Source of the DNA: Fidelibacterota bacterium
Lineage (GTDB): Bacteria > Fidelibacterota > Fidelibacteria > Fidelibacterales > DSDE01
Assembly (NCBI GenBank): GCA_046735395.1
Contig: JBJKQR010000008.1
Span: 52,124-116,123 of the forward strand
Reading direction: 5' to 3'
Length of the DNA: 64,000 nt
Position numbers and translations under genes: made by a program. Below the pieces are notes generated by a model. It ran no database searches. It was not told the DNA's origin and saw only the letters and a program-made list of their open reading frames with translations. This document shows, in pieces, positions 29,248-39,303 of the stretch (its first letter is position 1; every line of letters starts with the position of its first letter).

Positions 29248-30348
29248 ATGAAAATAGAAATGGTCGATCTGAAGCGGGAATATCGGAATCTGAAAGCCGA
29301 ATTGCTGCCGGCCGTGGAAGAAGTGATGGAATCGGCGGCCTTCATCAAGGGCCCGGCCGTGGACCGGTTCAGCCGTAATGTGGAAACGCTGCTCGATGTG
29401 CCGCACCATATTCCCTGTGCCAATGGAACGGATGCGCTCAAGCTCAGCCTCATGGCTCTCGGCATCAAGCCGGGCGATGAAGTGATCACCACCCCCTTTA
29501 CCTTTGTGGCGACGGCGGAGGTGATTGCATTCTTCGGCGCCGTTCCTGTTTTTACCGATATTCAGCCGGACACCCTGCTCATGGATCCGGCCCGCCTTGA
29601 GGAGGCGATTACTCCCAGAACAAAAGCCATTATTCCCGTGCATCTCTTCGGCCAGATGGCTGATATGGATGCGGTGATGGCCATTGCCGTGAAACACGGC
29701 CTGAAGGTTGTGGAAGATACGGCCCAGGCCTTTTACGCGTCCCGTAACGGAAAATATGCCGGGACGGTCGGCGACATCGGAACCATTTCCTATTTCCCCA
29801 GCAAGAATCTGGGTGCCTATGGTGATGCCGGCGGCCTGCTCTGCAGCGATGACGATCTGGCTCAGAAGATTACCATGATCGCGAATCATGGACAGAAAAA
29901 GAAATATGAACATCATCTCATCGGTGTGAACAGCCGCCTCGATACGATGCAGGCGGCGATCCTGGATGTGAAGCTCAAGTATATAAAGGAGTGGAGCGAA
30001 AAGCGTCTTGCTGCCGCGAAAAAATACATGGAACGGCTGAGCCCTGCCGTGCAGCTGCCTGTCATTGACCAGGGCAATGTGCATGTCTTTCACCAGTTCA
30101 CCATTCAGCACGACCGCCGGGATGACCTGAAGGATTTCCTGGAAACGAAGGGTGTGCCTTCCGCGGTTCACTATCCCATCCCGCTTCACAGACAGCCCGG
30201 CTTCACCTCGCTGTGCCGTATCGTGTCCGCATCCCTTTCCGAAAAAGCCGCCGACCGGGTTCTGTCCCTGCCCATCAGTCCATGGATCACGGACGAGGAA
30301 ATCGATTACGTCTGTGAACAGGTCAATACATTTGTGAATAACGCTTAA
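29248..30348 (+). CDS. DegT/DnrJ/EryC1/StrS sugar aminotransferase
   Basis: ANGTDAL, EDTAQA, SYFPSKNLGAYGDAG, NSRLD. Confidence 0.93.
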   Translation: MKIEMVDLKREYRNLKAELLPAVEEVMESAAFIKGPAVDRFSRNVETLLDVPHHIPCANGTDALKLSLMALGIKPGDEVITTPFTFVATAEVIAFFGAVPVFTDIQPDTLLMDPARLEEAITPRTKAIIPVHLFGQMADMDAVMAIAVKHGLKVVEDTAQAFYASRNGKYAGTVGDIGTISYFPSKNLGAYGDAGGLLCSDDDLAQKITMIANHGQKKKYEHHLIGVNSRLDTMQAAILDVKLKYIKEWSEKRLAAAKKYMERLSPAVQLPVIDQGNVHVFHQFTIQHDRRDDLKDFLETKGVPSAVHYPIPLHRQPGFTSLCRIVSASLSEKAADRVLSLPISPWITDEEIDYVCEQVNTFVNNA

Positions 30349-30366
30349 AAAAATCGGAATCAAATC

Positions 30367-31641
30367 ATGCTTGATATCAAATTGCTCAGAGATGAACCGG
30401 ATCGTGTGAAAACCGGCCTGAAACATAAAAAGGTGGACGCGCCGGTTGATGACATCCTGGCTCACGATGTCCGCCGCCGCGAGCTGGGCCTGCGGGGAGA
30501 TGAGCTGAAACATCGCCGGAACGTGGTGAGCGAAGAGATTAACCGCCGGAAAAAAGCCCGGGAAGATGCGGCAGAGCTGATTACGGAAATGCGGGAAGTC
30601 GGTGCGGAGATCAAGGCGCTGGACTCGGATATTTCTGAACTCAGTGCCGTGATTCATTCCAAGCTGATCGCCCTGCCCAATCTGCCCAGCGAAAGCTCGC
30701 CGGTGGGAACCTCCGAAGCGGATAACGTGGTAATCCGGGAATGGGGAAGCCGTCCGGTCCGGGATTTTAAAGTGCAGGATCATCTGACGCTCGGTGAGGA
30801 GCTGGGACTGTTCGATTTCAAACGCGGCTCAAAGATTTCCGGCAGCGGTTTTCCGCTTTACACCGGAAAGGGCGCCCGCCTGGAACGGTCCATTATCAAT
30901 TTCATGCTGGATGTACAGACGCAGGAACATGGCTACACGGAAATCATGCCGCCCTTCATGACCAATCGTGACAGCAGCACCGCCACGGGCCAGCTGCCGA
31001 AGATGGAAGAGGATATGTATATGGTGGAAAAGGACGATCTGTTTCTCGTCCCCACCGCTGAAGTTCCGGTGACCAATATTCATCGGGATGAAGTGCTGAA
31101 TGCCTCCGATCTGCCGGTGAAATATACCGCCTATTCTCCCTGTTTCCGGCGGGAGGCCGGATCGTACGGCAAGGATACGCGCGGATTTCAGCGCCTGCAC
31201 CAGTTCAATAAGGTGGAAATGGTGCAGTTTGCCCATCCCGACAGTTCCTATGAGGTTCTGGACGTGCTGGTGACCAATGCGCAGGCTATTCTTCAGAAGC
31301 TGCAGCTGCATCACCGGGTAATTGAACTCTGTACAGCCGACCTGTCCTTTGCCGCGGCAAAGTGTTTCGATATCGAGCTCTGGTCGCCGGCAGAGGAGAA
31401 ATGGCTGGAAGTGTCCTCCTGCAGTAATTTCGAGGATTTTCAGGCCCGTCGCGGAAATATCAAGTTCCGGGACGAGGACGGAAAACTTCGCTATGTTCAT
31501 ACGTTGAACGGATCGGGTGTTGCCACGCCGCGGCTGATGATCGCCATTCTGGAAACCTGGCAGCAGGCGGACGGCAGCCTGAAAATTCCGGATGCGCTGG
31601 TTCCCTATTTCGGTGCGGAATTCATCCGCCGGGAAAGCTGA
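30367..31641 (+). CDS. serS: seryl-tRNA synthetase
   Basis: PTAEVP, FRREAGS, RLHQFNKVE, HTLNGSG. Confidence 0.98.
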   Translation: MLDIKLLRDEPDRVKTGLKHKKVDAPVDDILAHDVRRRELGLRGDELKHRRNVVSEEINRRKKAREDAAELITEMREVGAEIKALDSDISELSAVIHSKLIALPNLPSESSPVGTSEADNVVIREWGSRPVRDFKVQDHLTLGEELGLFDFKRGSKISGSGFPLYTGKGARLERSIINFMLDVQTQEHGYTEIMPPFMTNRDSSTATGQLPKMEEDMYMVEKDDLFLVPTAEVPVTNIHRDEVLNASDLPVKYTAYSPCFRREAGSYGKDTRGFQRLHQFNKVEMVQFAHPDSSYEVLDVLVTNAQAILQKLQLHHRVIELCTADLSFAAAKCFDIELWSPAEEKWLEVSSCSNFEDFQARRGNIKFRDEDGKLRYVHTLNGSGVATPRLMIAILETWQQADGSLKIPDALVPYFGAEFIRRES

Positions 31642-31645
31642 ACCA

Positions 31646-32362
31646 ATGAAAGTACTGAGAACTATCTGGGTAATCATAAACCTCGTGCTGTCGGTGATCG
31701 TGATCGGCGGCGGGATCCTGCTGTTCACACTGTTCACGAAAAATCAGAACCTGTACACGGGGATGGTGAGATTCTGGGCCCGCTGGAATGTAAAGGCGGC
31801 GGGTATGAAAACACGGATTACTGGGCTGGAAAATATTGACACATCGCGTCAGTATGTGGTCATGGGCAATCACGAATCCTCACTGGACATCTTTCTCGTG
31901 CTGGCCTGCATACCGCTGCCGCTGCGGATTGTGGCAAAAATGGAATTGCGCAAACTGCCCGTGGCCGGTGCCGCCATGGCCCGCGCTCTCTTTCCCTTCG
32001 TGGACCGGCGGAATCACCGCAAGGCCGTGGAGAGCCTGAACCGGACCTTCAATGAAATGCAGAAATGGAATCTGTCCGTGTTCATTTATCCGGAAGGAAC
32101 CCGCAGCAAGACCGGGCACCTCATTCCCTTCAAAAAGGGCGGATTTGTGCTGGCCATCGAGCGTCAGCTGCCCATTCTGCCTCTCGTTATCTGCGGCGCC
32201 GGGAAAATCACGCCTCCCGGAACCATCTGGGTGAAGGATACGAATGTCAGCCTCAATTTTCTGCCGGTGGTGGAGACGGCCGGCTATCAGGTCTCTCAGC
32301 GCAGTGAGGTTCTCGACACGGTTTTTAACGCCATGGATTCCTATCAGCGCAGCCAGTGCTGA
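31646..32362 (+). CDS. plsC: 1-acyl-sn-glycerol-3-phosphate acyltransferase
   Basis: NHESSLD, YPEGTRS, FKKGGF. Confidence 0.88.
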   Translation: MKVLRTIWVIINLVLSVIVIGGGILLFTLFTKNQNLYTGMVRFWARWNVKAAGMKTRITGLENIDTSRQYVVMGNHESSLDIFLVLACIPLPLRIVAKMELRKLPVAGAAMARALFPFVDRRNHRKAVESLNRTFNEMQKWNLSVFIYPEGTRSKTGHLIPFKKGGFVLAIERQLPILPLVICGAGKITPPGTIWVKDTNVSLNFLPVVETAGYQVSQRSEVLDTVFNAMDSYQRSQC

Positions 32363-32489
32363 TTTCTGTCCCGAATATTTTAACATTCAAATAATCCGTT
32401 CAAACTAATCACGGGTAACCGATAATTCGTAGCCCTGCGGCGCTGCGAATAAGGGGTGCCAATAGCGGCGGAAATCCGTAAATTCGGCG

Positions 32490-34070
32490 ATGAGTTTATT
32501 ACAGCACGAAATACAGCGCCGGCGAACCTTCGCCATCATTTCACACCCCGATGCGGGGAAAACGACCCTGACGGAAAAGCTTCTGCTCTTCGGAGGTGCC
32601 ATCCGCGTCGCCGGGGCCGTCAAGTCCAACAAGATTCAGAAAGCCGCCATGAGCGACTTCATGGAAATCGAAAAACAGCGCGGAATTTCCGTGGCCACCT
32701 CGGTCATGGGTTTCGAATACCGGGAGCGGAAAATCAATATTCTCGATACGCCCGGGCATAAGGATTTTGCGGAGGATACCTACCGAACCCTTTCGGCCGC
32801 CGACTCGGTCATCGTCGTCATCGACGTGGCGAAGGGCGTGGAGGAACAGACGGAAAAACTCGTCGAAGTCTGCCGCATGCGCAGCATTCCCATCATTATC
32901 TTCATCAACAAGCTGGACCGCCCGGGAAAATCCGCCATCGACCTGCTGGATGAGATCGAGGAAAAGCTGGGGCTCACGGTGACGCCGCTCAGCTGGCCGG
33001 CCGGCATGGGCCTCACCTTCAAGGGTGTGTATAATCTGTACGAAAAGAAGCTCAATCTTTTTACCTCCTCTAAACAGACCATCTCCGAGGACGTGATCGA
33101 GATCGCTACGCTGGACGACAGCCGTCTCGACAAATATCTGGATTCACAGGCCGGTACGCTGCGGGAGGACCTGGAACTGGTGCAGGGAATCTACCCGGAA
33201 TTTTCCCGGGAGAATTATCTGGCCGGCGATGTGTCTCCTGTCTTTTTCGGATCTGCGGTGAATAATTTCGGTGTCCGGGAGCTTCTGGACTGCTTCATAG
33301 ATATTGCTCCCGAGCCGGGCGCCCGCGAGGCCGAGGAACGGCGTGTTTCCCCGGAAGAGGAAAATTTCAGCGGCTTCATTTTTAAAATTCATGCGAACAT
33401 GGACCCAAATCACCGGACGCGCATTGCCTTCTGCAAGGTTGTGTCGGGGTGTTTCGAGCGGAACGGCAATTATCATCATGTGCGTCTCGGCCGGAATCTG
33501 CGCTTCGGCAGCCCTACCGCCTTCATGGCTGACAAGAAATCGGTCATCGATGAAGCCTGGCCCGGCGATATCGTCGGCCTGCCCGATACGGGAAATTTCA
33601 AGATCGGCGATGTGCTCAGCACCGGAGAAAAACTTCATTTCAAGGGGATTCCCTCCTTTTCCCCCGAACATTTCCGCTACATTGAGAATGTGAATTCCCT
33701 GAAATACAAGCAGCTCAACAAGGGCATTGACCAGCTCATTGATGAGGGCGTGGCCCAGCTTTTCAATATTCCCTACAATTCGCGGCGTATCATCGGAACC
33801 GCCGGAGCGCTGCAGTTCGATGTCATTCAGTACCGCCTGGATCATGAATACGGCGCCTCCTGCCGCTATGAACCCATTTCCATTCACAAGGCCTGCTGGA
33901 TTGACAGCGACGACGAAAAGGCCCTGCGCAGTTTCATGGATGAAGAGCTCAAATCCATCGCGGAGGACAAGGACGGGAAACCTGTGTTTCTGGCGTCATC
34001 TGCCTGGAGGCTGAACCGGGTGAAGGAGGAAAATCCCCACATCCGTTTCCACTATTTTTCTGAATTCTAA
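32490..34070 (+). CDS. prfC: peptide chain release factor 3
   Basis: [26 protein letters not shown]. Confidence 0.98.
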   Translation: MSLLQHEIQRRRTFAIISHPDAGKTTLTEKLLLFGGAIRVAGAVKSNKIQKAAMSDFMEIEKQRGISVATSVMGFEYRERKINILDTPGHKDFAEDTYRTLSAADSVIVVIDVAKGVEEQTEKLVEVCRMRSIPIIIFINKLDRPGKSAIDLLDEIEEKLGLTVTPLSWPAGMGLTFKGVYNLYEKKLNLFTSSKQTISEDVIEIATLDDSRLDKYLDSQAGTLREDLELVQGIYPEFSRENYLAGDVSPVFFGSAVNNFGVRELLDCFIDIAPEPGAREAEERRVSPEEENFSGFIFKIHANMDPNHRTRIAFCKVVSGCFERNGNYHHVRLGRNLRFGSPTAFMADKKSVIDEAWPGDIVGLPDTGNFKIGDVLSTGEKLHFKGIPSFSPEHFRYIENVNSLKYKQLNKGIDQLIDEGVAQLFNIPYNSRRIIGTAGALQFDVIQYRLDHEYGASCRYEPISIHKACWIDSDDEKALRSFMDEELKSIAEDKDGKPVFLASSAWRLNRVKEENPHIRFHYFSEF

Positions 34071-34106
34071 TCCGGCCTGAGGCGTCTCTGCCTCCCGGGC
34101 CGCAGC

Positions 34107-35258
34107 ATGAGGACATCCCGCATGCAGACCCTGCATCCCCTGCTCGATGCCGACAAACAGGATCTCGCCCGCCGCTATGAACGGGAGAAACGGCGACTCT
34201 CTCTCGCGGAAAGCCTGTTTTCCGGCCTGACCCTGCTTCTCTTTTATCTGTATGCAGCGACGCCCCTGGTGCAGTCTCTGTTTCCACAGAACCGGACGCT
34301 GAACTTCATCGCCTATATCTGGATCTTTCTGCTGGCCCAGGCGCCGGTCACCCTCTTTTTCGGCTGGCTCTCCTCCTTTCGTCACGAACATGCCTATGGC
34401 TTTTCGACTCAGAGCTTCGGCCTCTGGCTGCTGGATCAGCTGAAAGCCTATCTGCTGGCGCTCCTGCTCATGCCCTTTCTGCTGGGCCTGCTGGCTGCCG
34501 TGCTCACCCTCTATCCCCAGTCCTGGTGGCTGATCGGCGCCGGAATGATGATCCTCGTTTCTCTCGTTTTTGCCACCCTCTTTCCGGTCGTCATTCTGCC
34601 GCTCTTCAACCGCTATACGCCCATTGAGGACGAAAATCTGGTTTTCGCGCTGCGCCAGGTCCTGGAAGAGTACGGGATTCGCATCAAGGGATTTTATGTG
34701 CAGGATATGAGCCGCCAGACGAGGAAGGAAAACGCCTTTCTCGCCGGACTGGGAAAAACCCGGCGGGTTGTTCTGGCGGATACCATCCTTGAAAATATGA
34801 CGATTGAGGAACTGCGGACGGTCATCGCTCATGAAGTGGGACATACCCGTCATCGTCATATTCTGAAGAATATTTCCATTATGGCTGGCGAACAGGTTTT
34901 TCTCTTTTATCTGCTGGACCGCATCCTGCCGCTCATGGCGCCGGACTTTCTGTCGTCCTGGTCTCAGAATCTGACGGTCCTGCCGCTCTTCCTGCTCAGT
35001 CTGAGCCTGCTGTCGTCCTTCCTGCTGGCGCCGCTGACTCAGGCGGTCAGCCGCTATTTCGAGACCCAGGCTGACGAAACCGCCCTCGAGGCGACCGGAG
35101 ATCCGCAGGCCTTCATGCGGGCCATGGCCGGGCTGGCCAACCGCAATCTGTCCAACGCTTATCCGGAGCGCTGGAATAAAATTCTGTTTTACAGCCATCC
35201 GCCGGTCGGTGAACGGCTGGCCCTGGCTCAGGACTATGAGAAAAAGCAGCAACGATGA
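34107..35258 (+). CDS. Ste24/CaaX-like M48 membrane metalloprotease
   Basis: multiple TM segments; NAFLAGLG, AHEVGH, SRYFETQAD, YSHPP. Confidence 0.9.
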   Translation: MRTSRMQTLHPLLDADKQDLARRYEREKRRLSLAESLFSGLTLLLFYLYAATPLVQSLFPQNRTLNFIAYIWIFLLAQAPVTLFFGWLSSFRHEHAYGFSTQSFGLWLLDQLKAYLLALLLMPFLLGLLAAVLTLYPQSWWLIGAGMMILVSLVFATLFPVVILPLFNRYTPIEDENLVFALRQVLEEYGIRIKGFYVQDMSRQTRKENAFLAGLGKTRRVVLADTILENMTIEELRTVIAHEVGHTRHRHILKNISIMAGEQVFLFYLLDRILPLMAPDFLSSWSQNLTVLPLFLLSLSLLSSFLLAPLTQAVSRYFETQADETALEATGDPQAFMRAMAGLANRNLSNAYPERWNKILFYSHPPVGERLALAQDYEKKQQR

Positions 35259-35784
35259 AATAAAAAGCCGCCGTCCGGGACTTGCCGAGCTGGAGGGACT
35301 GCCCCGCTGCCCGGTTACGGTCATTGCCGATAATATCCGTTCACTTTATAATGTGGGATCTATTTTTCGCAGCTGCGATGCGGTGGGCGTGGAAGCCCTG
35401 TATCTCTGCGGAATCACGCCTCATCCGCCCCGTCCCGAGATCAGCAAGACCGCCCTCGGCGCCGAAAACAGCGTTCCCTGGGAATACCATGAGGATATCC
35501 TGAGCGTGCTGGAATATTTCAAAAAAGCGCAGATTCCCATCGTCGCGCTGGAACACACCAGCGGCTCCGTCGATTTTCAGGATTTTGCCTATCCCTTTCC
35601 CATGGTGGTGATCCTGGGTAATGAGGCCGAAGGGGTCAGTGACGCGGTCATGCCCTATGTGGATTTTGCCGTGGAAATTCCCATGGCCGGCATCAAGCAG
35701 AGCCTGAATGTTTCCGTGGCCTGCGGCGTCATGCTCTACGAAGTGCAGCGCCAGTTCCGCGCCTGGGCCGGGCCTCAGCTCTGA
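35236..35784 (+). CDS. TrmH/SpoU family RNA methyltransferase
   Basis: NIRSLYNVGSIFR, LGNEAEG, SLNVSVA. Confidence 0.9.
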   Translation: MRKSSNDEIKSRRPGLAELEGLPRCPVTVIADNIRSLYNVGSIFRSCDAVGVEALYLCGITPHPPRPEISKTALGAENSVPWEYHEDILSVLEYFKKAQIPIVALEHTSGSVDFQDFAYPFPMVVILGNEAEGVSDAVMPYVDFAVEIPMAGIKQSLNVSVACGVMLYEVQRQFRAWAGPQL

Positions 35785-35833
35785 CATGCTCCGGGCCGTC
35801 CCTGTCCCGCATAGCGGATCCCAATGATTTGAT

Positions 35834-35862
35834 TTGTATGTAAACCATTAATTTTCTAAATT
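35834..35862 (+). promoter_or_regulatory. tRNA promoter
   Basis: TTGTAT-17-TAAATT followed by a C-rich discriminator. Confidence 0.65.
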
Positions 35863-35884
35863 ACCCCGCCTGAAAAGGGCACAA

Positions 35885-35957
35885 GCCACCCTAGCTCAGT
35901 TGGTAGAGCAATGCTTTCGTAAAGCATGGGTCGAGAGTTCGAGTCTCTTGGGTGGCT
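35885..35957 (+). tRNA. tRNA-Thr(CGT); CCA not encoded
   Basis: acceptor stem GCCACCC/GGGTGGC; D arm GCTC/GAGC; anticodon arm ATGCT-TTCGTAA-AGCAT; T loop TTCGAGT. Confidence 0.97.
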
Positions 35958-36240
35958 CTCTTTTAAGACTCTAAAAATCGGAGACATTTTTTATTTCCCC
36001 AGCGTGATAAATGATGTAATTTGTTTATGAATATGATAATCATCAACGTCCTGCCGCGAGAGGGAAGTAAAAAGAAGACCATTATACGCTTATGATGTAC
36101 TTTAAGGAGGACGCAGGAACCGGAGGCGATCTGGCGAAAATAGAAATAAATACGGTATCACCGACGAGGAAGTCGAGATTCATAAGGAATTTATTATCAA
36201 TTCTATTTAATTTGATGTATGGCGTCAGGCCGGGGGCAGT

Positions 36241-36906
36241 ATGAAAGAGCGAGAAATAAAAATAGGTGACGGGATATATAGCGCCTCCGATATAGCAAAA
36301 ATCCTGCGAGTTCCCTATCAAAAAATTAACAGCTGGTTAAATAAATATTGGGATCGTCGCTTTACCATTAAGGATGAGTTATATACATGGACATTGGATA
36401 AAAAGAAGGTGACGAATTTTTATACTCTCATTGAAATGTACATTTTTAAGCTATTTCTCGAAAACGGTATTCCAATCAGAAATATTGTCAAAGCACATGT
36501 TGAATTGTCAAGGATTACCGAAACGGAATATCCATTTGCCCAAAAAGAAATATTTAAGAATATCAGAACGGATGGAAAGGCGCTTTATTATAAGGAGACG
36601 TTAATTATCTCCCTGGATGGAAGCAACCAGACCAATTTATCATTTTTAGTGCATCTCACCCACAATATTGAATATGATGAAAATCTCCTTCCTCAAAGAT
36701 TTTGGCCTGCCGGAAAAGGAAAGAATATTATTATCGACCCGACCCGGCAATTTGGACAACCAATTATTAATAATACAAATGTGTTATCCGAAACAATTAC
36801 TTCCATGTACAAAGCAGGAGACTCTATCGAGCTGATCGCGCATGCCTTCGACCTCAAAGTGAAAGATGTTGAGGACGCGATTCAGTTCTGTACCACTGCG
36901 GCATGA
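36241..36906 (+). CDS. HTH + DUF433 antitoxin (VapB45-like)
   Basis: N-terminal HTH GIYSASDIAKILRVP; C-terminal IIIDPTRQFGQPII...IAHAFDL. Confidence 0.85.
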   Translation: MKEREIKIGDGIYSASDIAKILRVPYQKINSWLNKYWDRRFTIKDELYTWTLDKKKVTNFYTLIEMYIFKLFLENGIPIRNIVKAHVELSRITETEYPFAQKEIFKNIRTDGKALYYKETLIISLDGSNQTNLSFLVHLTHNIEYDENLLPQRFWPAGKGKNIIIDPTRQFGQPIINNTNVLSETITSMYKAGDSIELIAHAFDLKVKDVEDAIQFCTTAA

Positions 36907-37307
36907 TTATCTACATTGACGAGAACCTTCCTCAGGTATTTGCTCAGGGATTTAATCTCCTTCAGCAGGGGGCTGGTACAGGAATAGAGGTCAAATCTAT
37001 TATCGATGACTTCGGAAGAGGCGCTTCAGATGAAGATTGGATGGCGGGTTTAGATAGAAGCCGGAGCTGTGTTATTACAAAAGATTTAAATATCAATAAA
37101 AGGCCCCACCAGCGAAGGTTGTGTCAATCTTATCATATGGGGATATTCTTTATAAAGGGCCCGAGGGGGAAAGGCCTGACTTATTGGCAAACTTTACGTT
37201 TATTAGTCAGCCACTGGGAGGAGATAATTAATTATTCTACCCATACACCCATGCCCTTTGGTTTTGAAATAGGTCATGTGGCGAAAAATGTTAAACAAAT
37301 ATTTTAA
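36903..37307 (+). CDS. PIN-domain toxin (VapC45-like)
   Basis: IYIDENLP, GASDEDW and VITKD acidic motifs; ATGA overlap with the DUF433 gene. Confidence 0.8.
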   Translation: MIIYIDENLPQVFAQGFNLLQQGAGTGIEVKSIIDDFGRGASDEDWMAGLDRSRSCVITKDLNINKRPHQRRLCQSYHMGIFFIKGPRGKGLTYWQTLRLLVSHWEEIINYSTHTPMPFGFEIGHVAKNVKQIF

Positions 37308-37452
37308 AATGTCAGAATTTGAAGATAGAAAAAACGTCGCTTTTAAGAAAAGCAGCCAGGGGGACCTACTCACCTGGCTCACAGTCCTGAAGAGCATCAG
37401 GGATTTGTAAGCTTAAAAGCGGGAATAAGAAATTATGGGGGCCAAATAATCA

Positions 37453-38349
37453 TTGGAAAATATTGAGTATAAGTTAGTTAATGGTGGTTCACAGCCTTAT
37501 TATTGGGAGTCCATTATTTCAAAAAATGATTATGATGACATTGAAAAATATCATTATTGTGTTGGAGAGTATTATAATATTGAAAATAAATATAATATTG
37601 TCATTGAAAACTATAGAGAATTTGAATCTGAAATACTGAATTTATCACTCAGTTATTCACTTCATGCTATGGCTTCATTTGATAATATGAATGCTATGTT
37701 TTGGAATATTCAAAGAAAATTATTCAATCTATTAAACTCATGTGATATGTTTGTCGAACACTGTTTAATTCATTATAAACATATTCAAAAAAAAGAGGGA
37801 AGAATAACATTTGATTTAAAATCATTTACAAATAAATTAAACGAAAATCATTTTTCATATCGTGTTCTTGATAAAATTAGGAATCATTCACAACATTATG
37901 GGATACCTGTCCAAAAAGTAAATTTCGGATCAAAAAGAGATTATCCCTCAAATCCAAACAGAGTTACATTCCCTATAAATCTATTTTTAAAACCAGATTT
38001 ATTACGACAGAATTCAGGTTTCCCCAAACACTTGATAAGCGAAATAGAACAACAGGGGGAAGTTGACATAAAGCCCCTTATTAGAGAGTATCTATCACTA
38101 ATATATTCAATATTAAAAAAGGTTAGAGACGAATTGGCACTGCCAATAATAAAATGGAAAAATAAATATGATTGGGCAGTAGATTTGTACAGAAATGATA
38201 AAAAACGAGAACCTGATTATTTATTTGTAATGAATAAGGATGGAGAGAAGATAAACTTATACTCCCAGTGGTTACTAGATATTGACCAGTTGGTTACAAG
38301 AAATAACTTACATGGGAATTTAATTAACTTTGTTATTTCGAATGAATAG
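37453..38349 (+). CDS. AT-rich hypothetical protein with a HEPN-like RxxxxH motif
   Basis: 298-aa ORF, TTG start; helical-looking; IRNHSQH encoded at 37876-37896. Confidence 0.7.
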   Translation: MENIEYKLVNGGSQPYYWESIISKNDYDDIEKYHYCVGEYYNIENKYNIVIENYREFESEILNLSLSYSLHAMASFDNMNAMFWNIQRKLFNLLNSCDMFVEHCLIHYKHIQKKEGRITFDLKSFTNKLNENHFSYRVLDKIRNHSQHYGIPVQKVNFGSKRDYPSNPNRVTFPINLFLKPDLLRQNSGFPKHLISEIEQQGEVDIKPLIREYLSLIYSILKKVRDELALPIIKWKNKYDWAVDLYRNDKKREPDYLFVMNKDGEKINLYSQWLLDIDQLVTRNNLHGNLINFVISNE

Positions 38350-38593
38350 GAACGTTATGCCCTCCCTCTTCAACGATAACACATTGCTTCATAATTACCA
38401 CGACCTCCTGGCGGCCACGCCCTGGGAGAAACGGGCGCCGATTGTCCGGATCATTCCGTTGCTGATGAAAATGAGTTTTCACCAGGTGATGATATATTAT
38501 TCTACCATGAGATCTTTTCATCGTTATTGAAATAGTTTCGTTCATAGTTATAACACCCATCTTTTCACACCCGGCACCTTCTTTTTATATATC

Positions 38594-38664
38594 TACTACA
38601 ACATTAGTAAAATAATGCTTGCGCTGCTCCGCGGGGTGTTTTATATTCTACTAAGCTTGTAGTA
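38594..38664 (+). promoter_or_regulatory. promoter bracketed by two BlaI/MecI/CopY-like operators
   Basis: TACTACaacaTTAGTA (38594-38609); TTGCGC-17-TATATT (38619-38647); TACTAAgcttGTAGTA (38649-38664). Confidence 0.6.
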
Positions 38665-38803
38665 ATTGTCGGAGGCGGCTTGAATTGTTCGTGTTGTACA
38701 TCGGGTGCGCGGAGGGTGGGGAAAATCATCCCCGGCCGTCTTCAGGACAGTATTGCAAAGGAGCTTGAGTTTCATTAACATCACGAGGAGAAAGGAGCCT
38801 CTC

Positions 38804-39289
38804 ATGAAATTGAAGGCATCACACAGCGTTTGGATAATCCTGTTTTCACTGCTTGTCGGCCAGACCGCCTGCCAGTGCTTCCGGGCAAACAAAGCCGTAG
38901 CAGGGGGTGTTCCCACTGAGGTTGTAACCGTGGAGCCGGATTCAACGGTTAAATATGTTCCCTATGATGAACCGCCCCGGCCCATCGGGGGAAATGCCGC
39001 CATATTGAGAAATGTTGTCTATCCCAAACAGGCCAGAGACATGAAAATAGAGGGAATGGTGGTTGTGCAGGCCTTTATCAATGCCGAGGGCCGGGTGGAA
39101 ATCTGTAAAATGCTGAAAGGCCTGCCCAACACAGGTCTGGATGAAGCGGCGGTGGACGCTCTGAAAAAAACCGCATTCAAGCCCGCGAAACAGGAAGGAA
39201 CTCCGGTCGGCGTCTGGATCGCCGTGCCGATCGTCTTTCGTCTGGATGACAAGCCGGCGGAGGCTCAGCAAAAGAACGAAACAAAGTAA
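38804..39289 (+). CDS. TonB C-terminal domain protein
   Basis: SD AAGGAG; N-terminal hydrophobic segment; YPKQAR...EGMVVV, LDEAAVDAL, FKPAKQEG. Confidence 0.88.
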   Translation: MKLKASHSVWIILFSLLVGQTACQCFRANKAVAGGVPTEVVTVEPDSTVKYVPYDEPPRPIGGNAAILRNVVYPKQARDMKIEGMVVVQAFINAEGRVEICKMLKGLPNTGLDEAAVDALKKTAFKPAKQEGTPVGVWIAVPIVFRLDDKPAEAQQKNETK

Positions 39290-39303
39290 GGAAAATAAAA
39301 GAT

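Noticed and set aside
29245..30783. 512-aa minus-strand ORF
   Set aside because: Antisense to the well-supported DegT and serS genes; codon-bias shadow
33996..35324. 442-aa minus-strand ORF
   Set aside because: Antisense to the Ste24-like protease; no motifs
36027..36210. Protein-like fragments (KYGITDEEVEIHKEF) upstream of the DUF433 gene
   Set aside because: Interrupted by stops and not assignable to any family by eye
38330..38560. Short overlapping ORFs on both strands
   Set aside because: No SD or motif support; possibly gene debris
38646..38664. TTCTACTAAGCTTGTAG resembles a Cas12a repeat stem
   Set aside because: No spaced direct repeats and no cas genes; the second copy is inverted and both flank a promoter, so operators explain it better
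35940..38800. attR duplicate of the tRNA 3' end
   Set aside because: No second copy of CTCTTGGGTGGC seen, so no mobile-element boundaries were called
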